A stretch of DNA of 63,269 nt, the filler included, from Reticulomyxa filosa (Eukaryota > Protista > Foraminifera), in assembly GCA_000512085.1 (NCBI GenBank). It is 19 parts of 19 records of this genome, joined end to end, with 100 filler letters (N's around TTAATTAATTAA, not from the genome) between each part and the next. Parts side by side here need not be neighbours in the genome. Positions count along the whole stretch, not along the records: positions 1 to 4,980 come from ASPP01021596.1; positions 5,081 to 9,431 come from ASPP01014868.1; positions 9,532 to 10,721 come from ASPP01042320.1; positions 10,822 to 11,954 come from ASPP01022477.1; 15 more parts are not named here. One strand, given 5' to 3'. A program made the translations under genes and the position numbers. Each line of letters opens with the position of its first letter. Within the stretch, counting starts at the first letter, position 1. Of this stretch, positions 1 through 12,054 are shown piece after piece. The notes below the pieces were generated by a model. It was not told the origin of the DNA. It did no database searches and saw only the letters and a list, made by a program, of their open reading frames with translations.

Positions 1-116
1 TTGTTGTTTGTTATATGCATATATATGTATATATATATATATATATATATACATATATATATAAATGTATATGTGCATGCATTATGTATAATGGGCCAAA
101 TGAATAATGGAACAAG

Positions 117-1897
117 GTGGAATGGACTGTGGACAACGCAGGAAAAGATAACAAAGAGATAGACGAAAGCTTGATACCTTACAAATACCAATTGGAATAC
201 TGTGAAATCCTCGATTTGGGTCAGCAAGAATATGCAATCAAGTTTGAAAAGGGAAAGGAGGACAAGCGCACAAAGCGCAAATCGCACAGCCTTGAAAAAG
301 GCAAAGAAAAAGAAAAAATAGGGCTTCGCAAAGTGGAAGCGAAGAAAGTCGCGAAGCCACGAAATGCAGCTTATGATGCAATGGATGACATTGAATTTGA
401 AATGTTTGAGAAAGAAGCGAAAGAGATGCCAGTCCATGAGATGGACGTGGACCAAGACGACGAGGATTTCGTGGCCGATTACCTAGAGGAGCAAGAAGAA
501 ATACAAGAAAGCGAAGAAGAGTCAGATAACGACGAAGAGATCAAAGGCGGCAACAAAAAAGGAAAAGTGGAAAGCGAAAGTGAAAGTGAAAATGAAAACG
601 ACGAGGATGATGAAAAAGAACCAGAAGAAGAAGAAGAAGACGAAGATGAGGATAACGATGATGATCGTGATGACGCTAAAGGCGGCAAAAAAAGAGCAAG
701 TAGTAAAAAAAAGATTACCTTGGGTGAGGATAATGTGAACGCGGATATTGAAGGTCAAGTCCTTGACGGCAACACCACCACCACCACCACGGTCAGTGGT
801 ACTGTCCAAAAACAAATGAAACAAATGCTCAATGACACAAAAAAAGTCGACCGAATTGACGAAGGATTAAAAGAACAAGGTTTGCTTGAGTGTATGTGTA
901 CGTATCTTTTGTAAATGTTTTTTTTTTTTTTGTAGTTTTCTTCTTTCTCTTAAAAAATAAAAATAAAAATAAAAATGTTTGCAAAATAGGACTCAATCCC
1001 GTAGACTTGGTGTGGAAACGAGTCGATGATACCATTACGATGAAAAAGAAAGAGATTAGCTGCCATTATAAATTACGTGGATTAAAAGAAGGAGTCAAAT
1101 ATTTGGTGCGAATTCGAGGCAAACATGGAAGTGGATGGACTGAATGGACTCCCCCTGTTTCCGCCACAACTTATTCCCTCAGTTAACATTCGTCTTGTTT
1201 GCCCATATTTTGTAAACTGCATTGTATCACATTTCAAATTTGCTCATTCTCTTCATAGCTCTGACTTGGAGTCATGGACGTATAAACCGTCAGATCGCTG
1301 CTCACAAAAGTCGCTCTCGACTGGTCTTGTCCGGCATTGGCAAAGCGGCTGTCGAGTTTTTGGCAAAACAAGACAGACAACCTATCTTCTCTTGGGGAAT
1401 TCAGTGTATTAAAATATCCAATCCCACTTTCCTTGGCTTCTTCCAAGGTTTGCTTCTCATTGATATGATACTACAATCAGTGAAAACATTTCTGTTTGTC
1501 ACGGTCTCCCACATTGCATGATTCTCTATGCACTATTCTATACATAAAAGGTCCAATAAAGTACAAAGTCAACTACGCACAACCGTTTTTAACGAACAGC
1601 AATCCAAATGGAATATTCCGAGAATATGGAGTTCAAATTAAAAATCATAAAAAACAAGTGAGTGTGTACAATTCGAATGGAAAAGGCAAGAAGAAAACCT
1701 TTGCTTTGAAAAAAGAAATCGAAACTGGTGACTGGTTTTACTTCAAAGCGAATTTACAACGAGGCTATGCAGAAATGTGGCATAACGTTTCGTACGTGGG
1801 AGTTATCTTCAAGAAAGTCCCCACGTGCATTGTTCCTATCATTGGGAACAATAAAAAAACAGGAGAATATGAACTTATTTGTGCAAATTTTTTATGA
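117..1897 (+). CDS. FN3 domain with large acidic insertion plus SPRY/B30.2-like domain; multi-exon, 5' end missing
   Basis: VEW...YKYQLEYCE before the D/E/K-rich tract. After the intron 880-989: WKRV...YKLRGLKEGVKYLVRIRGKHGSGWTEWTPPVSATT (FN3 strands C'-G). The last exon has IETGDWFYFKANLQRGYAEMWHNVSYVGVIFKKVP, which is SPRY-like. Confidence 0.6.
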
Positions 1898-2219
1898 TTG
1901 TTTTTTCTTGTTTAAGTGCTTGGATTTGGGATTAAATTTCTATTAGTTTATTTCCTTTTTCATTCATTAGGCAAATCTATCATTCTGCCTTATATGTTCT
2001 ACTTTTCGAAATTTTTTAAGTTTACCGAAGCAATACAGGATGTCAATAAATAAAACAAAAAACTAAATTATTTTGTATTTGGGCATTACTAAAAAAGACT
2101 GCTGAGGAAAGTAAAATTTGAACAGAAGGAAAACCTTTTCCCCCCCGACCGAGAATTTTTTAAATTGAACAAAAAAATTGATATCAAAGATAAATCATCA
2201 GAAAGCAGGAGATTGAAGA

Positions 2220-3398
2220 ATGGACTCAAAGGACAAAGTCAGCGATGTGTCGGCAGAATTTTTACATAAACATTTGGGCGAAGGGTTTGACTTCAGTCTT
2301 GCAAACCGAAATGCAGCACTAATGAAAAAAGGGGTGCAACTTCCCAAGTACACGAAGACAGGAACGACAATAGTAGGAGTGGTATACAAAGACGGAGTGG
2401 TGTTGGGAGCAGATACTCGAGCCACAGCAGATACAATAGTCGCTCAAAAAAATTGTGAAAAGATCCATTACATTGCCCCAAATATCTATTGCTGTGGTGC
2501 AGGTACAGCGGCAGACACAGAAAACGTGACAGAAATGCTGTCGTCGCAATTGGCATTGATGCGATTGAACACGAATACACAATCACGCGTGGTATGCGCA
2601 ATGACCCGATTGAAACATTATTTATTTCAATATATGGGATATATTTCCGCTGCGTTAGTGTTGGGAGGAGTGGACTGCACAGGCCCACATTTGCACGCCG
2701 TATGGCCTTATGGAAACGTTGACACCCTACCTTACATTACCATGGGGAGTGGCTCGCTAGCCGCTATGGCTGTGTTCGAAGCCGAATACAAAGACAATAT
2801 GGAGGTATGTTTATAGCGTTTATGTTTGATCTCAGGTTTATATGTATGTGTGTGTGTATGTGTATGTATATGTTTATTTATTTATTATACATATTCATTC
2901 ATAGTTTTTTTTGTGTATCACACACACACTCTCCTATCTTTAATCGATTGTTCAGGAAGAAGAAGCCAAGGAGTTGGTGAAACAAGCAATTCTCAGTGGT
3001 ATCAATAACGATTTGGGCAGTGGAAGCAATGTCGACTTGTGTGTGATCACCAAAGACAAAACCCAATTTTTTAGAAATATCTTTAAAACTGAAATACCAC
3101 AAAAAAAAAGTCATCAATTTTCATATCCCCACGGAACGACTGGTATGAATCTTTGTTTGTTTGCCCCCCTTTTTTTTTTAATTGGTTGTTTATTTTGCTA
3201 TTGTGAACGTATGTGAAGACTTATCCATTCGGATTTTTCTGTGTACGCGTGAATGGCCTTGTGTTGTTGTTTATCAAATGTATAGTGGTTCTGAAGCGTG
3301 AAGTAGTGCCTCATGGCGACGAAGATGAAAAAAAAGAAGAATGGTGCGAACCCGAAGAAAGGGTACAAAAAGCGTTGGAGCGTATAGACGCCGATTAA
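2220..3398 (+). CDS. PSMB7: 20S proteasome subunit beta type-7 (beta2/Pup1), 3 exons: 2220-2804, 2956-3142, 3286-3398
   Basis: Propeptide/catalytic junction KTGTTIVG; [61 protein letters not shown] introns keep the frame. Confidence 0.95.
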
Positions 3399-4086
3399 TT
3401 TTTTTTTTTAACCAGTTGCTTTTATCGAAGTTGTTTTTTTTTACTAAAAAAAAAACAACAGAAAAAACCAACCAACAATTAAAAACAAAGCATTCCCACT
3501 TTTTCGGGTTGTGTTGTGCTTTTTAAATTGAACATTAAGATGTTCCGTGCCATTTGGTTTTTTTCTCACAAACTTGCAAGAAATTCATTCAAATACTTGA
3601 AGGAAATAAACAATACGATAAAAAAGCAAAAGTGCACTTTAATTCATCCTGTCCTTGCCCACACAAAATTCGTTGATATGATCAACATGAATTAAGTTTT
3701 CACTTGTGCTATAGTAAAATTTTCACAAAAATATACTCATTAAAAATCTAAGTCACATATTTTTTTGCCCTGGATAAGGGAAACATCTATGAATCTTTGA
3801 AATATTTTTAAAATAAAAATAGCAACAACGAATGAAAGATTATACAAATAGATAGAACAGATAATATGTTTCTCAAAGCAAACGAACAAGAGAGTACGTA
3901 TTCATTTCATGATACATAAAAAAGAGTGAATAACAATACATAACATATTTTCTACCAAAATTATATAAACTTGATTTTGAAAAAAAATTGTAGCTTTTTT
4001 CTTTTTCAGGGTTTACAGGATTATATATATATATATTCCATCTCCGTTTTTTTTCTAAAACTTCATATTTCAACAACATTAACAAT

Positions 4087-4980
4087 ATGGACAATGAAAA
4101 CACAACGCAAGAATTTCTTGAAAGACAAACTGAAGAAAAGCAAAATCTGGCTGTCTCAACTTCCAACCAAGTTTTAAAGGATTCCCCTAGTCCAATTGTT
4201 GGTCTTGAAAAAAAGTTGAACAAAGCCAAGATGTTGTTACTTCAACTCTCTTTCAAAGTTTGAAGAATTTGCCCGTTCCACTTGAAGGCTGTCAATGTGT
4301 GCAACACAAACACGAAATCCTGATTTGTGGAGGTCAATTAAAAAGAGATTGTTATTCTTATCATACACTTAAAGATGAATACAAATTTATCTGTGAGTAT
4401 CCAGAGACGGTTTTGTTAAACGGATATTGTGTGGTGAAACTGGTAAATAACGACAATAACAAAGATAGCAGTGAAATCACTTTGTTGTCTTTTGGTGGAA
4501 AGAAAGGAGTAAAAAAACATACGCTAATAATGAAATATGTAAGTGTTTGGAGTAATGACAAAAGTAATGATAAAGATAATGAAATAAATAAATCAAATAA
4601 TTATAATAAATGGGTTCCTTTGACAGACGAGCACAATAATCCAGTTATCATTGGAAGAAAGGAAGATAATTATTTTGGAGCGCGTGCAGTGCTTGGTGGA
4701 AGTAACAATAATTTGTTGTTTATTACTTATTTTGAACATCATATTAGCGTGTTTGATGTAAATACACTTCGATTTATTAACCACGCTATCTTGCCAATCT
4801 CATTTTTGGTTTCAATATTTTATCATTGCTTTGTATCAAAGCCAGCACATCAAGGACAAGAACAAGAAATGATGAAATTAAATAAAGACAAAGATAGGCA
4901 AAGAAAATATGAAATGCTGTTATTTTGTGAACGTGCAGGATTATCAATTGAATATAATGAAGATAACAACACTTTTCAAT
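4087..4980 (+). CDS. Kelch-like beta-propeller protein of an expanded lineage-specific family; 3' truncated; frameshift at A-run near 4208-4214
   Basis: FQSLKNLPVPLEGCQCVQHKHEILICGGQLKRDCYSYHTLKDEYKFICEYP...LLSFGG. Paralogues at 34228 and 43502. Confidence 0.7.
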
Positions 4981-5080
4981 NNNNNNNNNNNNNNNNNNNN
5001 NNNNNNNNNNNNNNNNNNNNNNNNTTAATTAATTAANNNNNNNNNNNNNNNNNNNNNNNNNNNNNNNNNNNNNNNNNNNN
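4981..5080. other. Artificial contig linker N44-TTAATTAATTAA-N44. Others start at 9432, 10722, 11955, 15535, 16663, 19466, 20702, 22572, 29866, 31373, 39469, 42101, 43402, 44534, 46729, 47829, 56910
   Basis: Same 100-nt unit each time, with a six-frame stop core; ORFs are cut at its edges. Confidence 0.98.
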
Positions 5081-5158
5081 TTTTTTTTTTTTTTTTTTTT
5101 TGTTTGTTTGAAGAGTGAAATATACATACATATATTTATTTATATGCAATTTTATCGC

Positions 5159-5659
5159 TTATGCGCAAAATCGCATGTTAATTTTATACATATACATATA
5201 TGTATATGTATATATTCCTCCACATTGTACGCGTGCGTGAAATGTAAAACTAAAATAACAAAGGGATAAAAAAAAAAAAAGAACCCGTGAAGCGTTTTGC
5301 TCGTCACTGATAGGGGATAAATGACCAGTGTTCTTAGGTTTGGCAGACAATGATAAACGAGGTTGGTGATTTGGATTGACAGCGGCCATCCCGCGACTAT
5401 GTGTGTTGACGTGAACTGTGGGCACTCGGTACGACTGGTGCGGGTCATTCGGATTGATTGATCGGTGTATACTGTGACTCGTGCTTATTCCTGAATTTGT
5501 TGGATAAGGCCGGATACGTCTTTCGCCATTCATCTCTTTTTGCTCTCTTCTGCCCTCCTTGTTCTTGTCTTTGGCATTCACGCTTGTGCTAGATGCCCCT
5601 GGATCGAGGTTGTAGTCTAACAGTCCGTCGGTTATGTAGTCCTTCTTGTTCCATCGCAC
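5159..5659 (-). CDS. Hypothetical low-complexity protein exon, partial
   Basis: Open frame with coding-like composition that runs into intron-like T/AT-rich sequence near 5285. Confidence 0.35.
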   Translation of the reverse strand: MRWNKKDYITDGLLDYNLDPGASSTSVNAKDKNKEGRREQKEMNGERRIRPYPTNSGISTSHSIHRSINPNDPHQSYRVPTVHVNTHSRGMAAVNPNHQPRLSLSAKPKNTGHLSPISDEQNASRVLFFFLSLCYFSFTFHARVQCGGIYTYTYMYMYKINMRFCA

Positions 5660-6334
5660 ACCCGTTTTTGTTTTAATGTTTTCTTTCTTCTCAAAAGGTT
5701 TTTAAAAACTAAAAAAAAAAAGGATGCATGCAGTTTGCATGTATATATATGAGCTCACATCTTGTGCATTATTGTACCCCCCAAGGCTATTTGGAACTAT
5801 TGGAAATTCTGGAGAATTTGGCATTATAAAAAATTATGAGCTTGAATTTTTTTGTCGGGGGGACTTCCTACACAGCGTAATTAAAGCAATCTGAAAAGTC
5901 AGAATGAAAATTCAATTGACAAATTGAAAGAGAAAAAAAAATGATGTTTGAAGAAAATGAGAAACAAGGAAGTTTTTACAAACATTGAAAAAAGAAAAAC
6001 TTTGGCTAAAGGGGCCACGCTTAATAATTAATATACATTTAACGGGGAGAGATGCAATCATTTCATGTTGCTCAAAGTTGGATAATGCGATCCCAATTAT
6101 CAAGAAATAGCAATGTTTGGAAGAATGGGATCTTTTCAAATGTGATGAAACTCCGTCTGCCTTCCCTTGCCAGAGTGGTAGGTAGAACATTGTTTTCAAT
6201 TGTGTTTTTTTAAAAAAAAAACCTTGCAAAAAAAAAAATAAAATAAAACAACACAAAAAAAAAAAAAAACACCATACCCACATCAAAAAAAAAGTAAAAA
6301 TATGGGAATGAAATAGCAACAATCGAAGCGTTGG

Positions 6335-7278
6335 ATGCAAGCAGCAAAAGCAGAAACATCCGAGAGCCAAGCAGCAACGACTGCACCACCCAAAGACGAC
6401 GATAGTGCCAAAGGTGACAATGCCGATAATAATAGTAATACCGATAATAATAGCAATGCCAATGTCAATAATAATAGCAATGAGAATGACAATGACAATG
6501 ACAATAGCATTAACAATGACACAGACAAAGAAACAACATCACAAACAGTCGGCAAGACAAAGGAAGAAAGATACCGCGCAATTGCGGAGAAGTTGGATCA
6601 CTCGTCTATCCGGTCGATGGAGATTCGAAAGTTTATTAGCCCATTGGTATTGGACGAGAAGATGTATGCAGCTGTCCAGCCATACAATGACACGTTCTCG
6701 ACGATCATGAAGGACATGGTATGGCTGCTGAAGTTTTCGGACGGCGTCCCAACCCGCGACGAGCCGCAATTGCGTGACATCATCAACTTTTCTTTTGCAC
6801 AGTCCAAAAAACACCAACAAACTATCCAACAGTTTCAAGTGCCTCAAATTGCTAAACACTATTTAGGGCGTGCCATTGAGAAAGCTCATAGTCGTATTGT
6901 TTTTCGTTGCATTCGAAAGTTATTCATTGGGTTCCCCCTTTTTTTAAAAAAAAAATAAAATAAAATAAAATTTATCTTCACAATCGATACAAAATATCAT
7001 TTGTTTTGATGTGTTCAATGGATGAATTTTATTGGCTCCCAATTCCTTTTGGGGTTCAAAGAATTATGCACTACAAATATCCACAATGGCGTGAGAAAGA
7101 CAACTGGGCAAGCTTCGAAAAGACTAACTGTTCGTGGGCATTTGTTGAACCAGAACCTGAAGGGGCTGATGCAGCAAAGGCAGAAGGAACTGATGCAACA
7201 AAGGCAGAAGGAGCTGATGCAGCAAAAGCAGAAGGGGAGAAGGGAGAGGCAACAAAAACTGCTACAATCACATCTTAG
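6335..7278 (+). CDS. Hypothetical protein, Asn-rich N-terminus and AEGADAAK repeats at the C-terminus; probably two exons
   Basis: ORFs 6335-6958 and 7006-7278 are separated by an intron-like T/A-rich segment. Confidence 0.5.
7159..7236 (+). repeat. 24-nt coding tandem repeat, about 3 copies (EGADAAKA)
   Basis: gaaggggctgatgcagcaaaggca / gaaggaactgatgcaacaaaggca / gaaggagctgatgcagcaaaagca. Confidence 0.85.
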
Positions 7279-7744
7279 ACTTATTATAATCGACTCCTTT
7301 TCATTTTCTAACTCTCTACTATGAATTATACCTTTTTTTTTCCTTTCTCATCCCCTCCTCTTCATACGTGCTCTTCATTTTAATCTCAGACGATTCCTCT
7401 TAGAAACCTTTTTAACTATTCTCAAACCCTTTTTTTATTACTGCTCGATTTGTATACCAACTGCTAAAAACTAAACTCTATGCTAAGAAAGCTGTTCATT
7501 AAAAGATTACATAATGCATATTTCTTCACAATCATTTTGCTAAATCTCAGCTAATTGTTTCGTTTGGTATTTATAACCTTTTCTTCCATAAAAAGTCGAC
7601 AAAACAAATAAGGGCAAATGCAATGATGTTTGCAATGAAATATTAACAAAAAAGTCTGTTAATGCTAAGAGAAAGACACTTTTTAAAGAATATAAAGGGG
7701 GAGTTAACTACCAGAATAAACGCCCCTTTCTTATTATCAGAGAG

Positions 7745-8173
7745 ATGATTTACGGTTTTTACTTGTTCGAGAGAAAAGGCAACTGCATTTATTTCAAAGA
7801 GTTTGTGAAATTCAGTCGTAATTTGAAAACGAAAAATGAAAAAGAGTACCAAAAGTTTTTGTTTGGGATTGTTCGAACGCTGAAATCCTTTTGTCATTTT
7901 GTGAGCCACACGCCAAAAGACAACATTATTCGAGTGGTAACGACGCAGTCATTCAAGTTACATGTGATGCTGACACCAACGGGGCTGACATTTTGCATTC
8001 TTTCGAATATCGATACTCACAGCGTCCAACAGACATTGCATTTTTTGTATGACCAGTACATTACATATGTGAGTAAGAATCCCCTGCAAAACGCAGGAGA
8101 GCCCATTGAATCGCAATTATTCGACGCTAAAGTGTATTCCTACCTAACACGAGACTCTTACGCTCTGAAATAA
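7745..8173 (+). CDS. TRAPPC1: TRAPP complex subunit 1 (Bet5, sybindin-like longin)
   Basis: MIYGFYLFERKGNCIYFKEF, FLFGIVRTLKSF, FKLHVMLTPTGLTFCILS, LYDQYITYVSKNPL...IESQLF; 142 aa. Confidence 0.85.
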   Translation: MIYGFYLFERKGNCIYFKEFVKFSRNLKTKNEKEYQKFLFGIVRTLKSFCHFVSHTPKDNIIRVVTTQSFKLHVMLTPTGLTFCILSNIDTHSVQQTLHFLYDQYITYVSKNPLQNAGEPIESQLFDAKVYSYLTRDSYALK

Positions 8174-8672
8174 GACTCGACCCAACAAAGCAATCCAACA
8201 GTCAAACAAGCAAACAAAACAAAAAAAAATGAGTGAATAGATACTTTTAGATATTTCCAAACTGCTTAAAAGAAATTTACATTTTTTCAAAGTACTTGAC
8301 GTTAGTACTTCTGTTTGAAAGCTTATACAATTGTCTTGTTTGAAAAGGATGAATTGAATTTTGTCATTTTTTATTTTTTTTTTCTTTCAATAAAATCAAG
8401 CAAAATTCATTAAAACATATACGTTCGATCGGGCCATAAGGAAGATGACAATAAAAAAAAAATAAAAAAAAAACAAGACTTTACAACCCCAAAGTTTCAT
8501 CCCAATCAAAAATCAAGAAATGAACCAACAAAATCAACAAAATAAATTTGCTTGTCCAATAATTTTCCGCATCTTTTGGCCGGATACTGATGGATACAAA
8601 AACCAAAAATAAAACCAAAACCAAAACCAAAGGGATAACGAGAAAAGAAAAAAAGATGTGTTTTTGTTGCAA

Positions 8673-9431
8673 TCATTTGGTCGGAGGTGACTTGACAGCC
8701 AAGTTGGCCATAATGTAATTGATGGAGATTTTGTAATGCTTTTGGTTTTGCAAAATGTGAATACATTGATCGAATGGACAGTAGATGGCACGATAAATGG
8801 CCAAAACTTTGGGATTGTCATTTTCGAACTTGACGCTTGGACAGTAGTGCCATGTGTTGGTGGAGACGTTGAGCGTGTGAATAGTGTCTTCCAAGCCGAT
8901 GATCACTACGCTGCAATACTCGACACAAAAGAATATGGGGAAATTGCGAAACGAGAAAATGGATGGCACTGTGCCAAAAGAGTAAGGTTCAAAATGGAAG
9001 ATTTCCCTTCTTTCACTACTTCTCTCTCATCTCGAGCGTTTTTTTTCACAGACCGCGAAGACACTGGCTCACTTCTCGGGTCCCTTTTCTCTACTTTGAT
9101 ATTCAACGTTATGTCTTTCTCGTTGTCCTTCTTGTCCGCTTTTCCATAGTCTGTCTCAACATTGCTGTCGTTACTACTTTGCGATCTGGAAGGAGAGCGC
9201 TTTCCAATTAATATATATATTGGGATGTCTGCTCATCTGAAATACCTTCATTTGTTCTTGCTGATTCTTCCATTTGTATCAGTACTTTTACATATTCTTT
9301 CCATTCATCATCTTCTTTTATTTTATCTTTGTGAGGATGATCTCTTTCATTTGCTCTATCACTTTCTCCAACTCTATCCAAGGCTCGAATTTCTCTTTCT
9401 CAAATTGATCTCATTTTTCAACTTCTCTTCC
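8673..9431 (-). CDS. 3' part of a coiled-coil plus Kelch-like hypothetical protein; 5' truncated, with a probable intron or frameshift
   Basis: E/K-rich frame near 9240-9431; C-terminal VVIIGLEDTIHTLNVSTNTWHYC...CIHILQNQKHYKISI. Confidence 0.4.
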
Positions 9432-12054
9432 NNNNNNNNNNNNNNNNNNNNNNNNNNNNNNNNNNNNNNNNNNNNTTAATTAATTAANNNNNNNNNNNNN
9501 NNNNNNNNNNNNNNNNNNNNNNNNNNNNNNNGCAACGAACAAGTGAACTCAGCCGTTATGAAAATGGAGCAAACGTTAGATCTACAGATTTTTTGAGTAT
9601 GGTTATGCACTGGCTATTCACGCCCGCGAGTGGAGACATCGTGTTCCCATACATGAAATACTTTCATAGAACGCGCCAGTCAAAGATAATAAATAAGTTG
9701 TCGAAGCGTCAAGCAGTAGTAATCCGAACAATTGGAAATACTTGTCAATTAACATATGCGTACACAAGTGTCTGGCGCTGTGCCAAGTCAACAATTATCC
9801 GCAAAGATTGCGTTGAAATGTGGTTTACAAACTTCAAAGACAATGGAAGATCGGTTGTTAAAAAATGCGCAAAATACTAGCGTCGAAACTGGTAGTATGC
9901 GTGCGCACATTCGCGACTTTGGTTTTTAATCTGAGTATGTTGATGATGTGAAGAATCGTTAGTGCCGACAGAGATGAAAGCAAGCTATCCAAGAAGAAAA
10001 GAACGTGGTATGTCGTGAAAAGTGGTGGAGAAGTTGTGGCGAAACTCCGTCAACACAGTGGCAAGCAAGAAGAAAAAGATCGTGATGATGAGGATGATGA
10101 AGAGAAGAAAAAAAATAGTAAGTAAGTATCGCTTTGATTTTTTAAAAAAATAACCAGTCAGATGGATTTATTAAGTTTTGGTATAGAGTTGTTCTTCATA
10201 CCTAGGAACGCGCAAAGTCGCCACTCGCGGGCGTGGATCAACTTTCTATATCGCACCCCAATGGCAAACTTGAAACGAGCGCGGCGATTTCAAGGAATGA
10301 CAGTTTGAGGCATTGTAAAGAACGCTTGGCATCAGCACAAGCGCACAAGAGTTTCTACGGATAATGGTTGGCATAGCACAGCGCCAAAGAAAGCGTCAAA
10401 CTGGATCTATAGGCGTCAATGAACAGTGAATACTTGGCGTTATGAAAATCGCGCTAATTTTGTTAACGCGTAAATTGACCATCATTCCAAAACTTGTCGT
10501 GTGTGTGCGCAAATCCGCAACTTTGGATTTGGATTGTGCGTATACTGACGAAGAAATCTTGAGCTCGTGAAACATTTGACATTGTTAATCGTTGAAAAAA
10601 GAGATTAGTTACATTTTCCTAGTCCATCGCTGCAAGAGATTTTTACCTTGCGTTTGTCGAACAAACGTCTGTTATCTTTGCCGAACTGCCTCCGGGATCA
10701 GCCATGAACTACAGACGACGTNNNNNNNNNNNNNNNNNNNNNNNNNNNNNNNNNNNNNNNNNNNNTTAATTAATTAANNNNNNNNNNNNNNNNNNNNNNN
10801 NNNNNNNNNNNNNNNNNNNNNAGTCATAGAAATTATATTGCAAAAAACGTAAAATGAAATTTTAATAATAGAGTGAATTATAGCTCTGTATCAAGTAATT
10901 ATATTGTGCTACAGTACCATTACATTTCTATAGAATTCTGTTTTACACATTTTTTAAAGTATTTGATAAATAGAAATAAATACCGCTTTGAACACTTCAA
11001 TCCAAATGAAATATATTGCATTTTCACAAATCATTGATATAAAGTCACAAATATAGTATTAAATATGCATATTACAGTGATCTTTTGTTTGAAGTAGTGC
11101 TGATAATAATCGTCAAATTTAAAAATATTAATTTTCTTGAATAATTTAGTGATAAAAAATTTGTGTGTGTTGATCAAATAAATAATTATCTTTCTCATAT
11201 TTCCTAAGCTTGAACGAAACAAAGATTTATTCATTGATTAAAAGCATTACATTAAAATAATAATGATAACAATATTAATAATAAAAATTGACAATTTCTC
11301 AAGGAGCAAGGAACCCAACAAATCTCTCTGAGATTATGTTTGCATTCTTTGTCAAATGGAGGCCCAATCGACCGTCGAAACATCAAAAAAAGAAGCTTTT
11401 AACACACAAGAGTTGTCAAAGTAAGAAAAGTGACAAGTTCTCTGAAAGGCGGCAACGTGCAACAAGCCGACTCTGCGTTTATAATAGCAGTGACAACACT
11501 AAAAGAGGGTATTGAAAAAACAAGAAGATGGACAAGAACATGAACAAGCTGACAACGAGCAATAACGATAACAATATCAACAACAAGAACAATGCCAACA
11601 ACAAAAGCAACGGTGTGTCCCATTCCAACCTGGACAACTTCTCGTTGTATTATTCAAAAGATGAGCACGAATGGAAAGGAGAGGTCTGGACGAGATCAAG
11701 TCGGAGACATGTCTATTTCTAATGAAGACGTCAAAGGGCAGTGGTCACAATAATGACAATGGCAATGCGTGATTGCGCAACACTGAGAAGATGGAAAAGC
11801 TAAGAGGCCCATACCACGAACACCATAAAAACGAAAAGTCGAAGAAGAGGAACTATAAAAAAAAAATTAAACATCTAAAATTGCAATCGAAATCGAGCAC
11901 AAAAGCAACCAGGATTAATGGAGGAAGAACACTTTGCTGTCCATGTTATGAACCNNNNNNNNNNNNNNNNNNNNNNNNNNNNNNNNNNNNNNNNNNNNTT
12001 AATTAATTAANNNNNNNNNNNNNNNNNNNNNNNNNNNNNNNNNNNNNNNNNNNN

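Noticed and set aside
479-824. Ser/Leu/Phe-rich antisense ORFs here and at 6283-6555, 57326-57761 and 61494-62202
   Set aside because: They are shadows of low-complexity coding sequence on the opposite strand.
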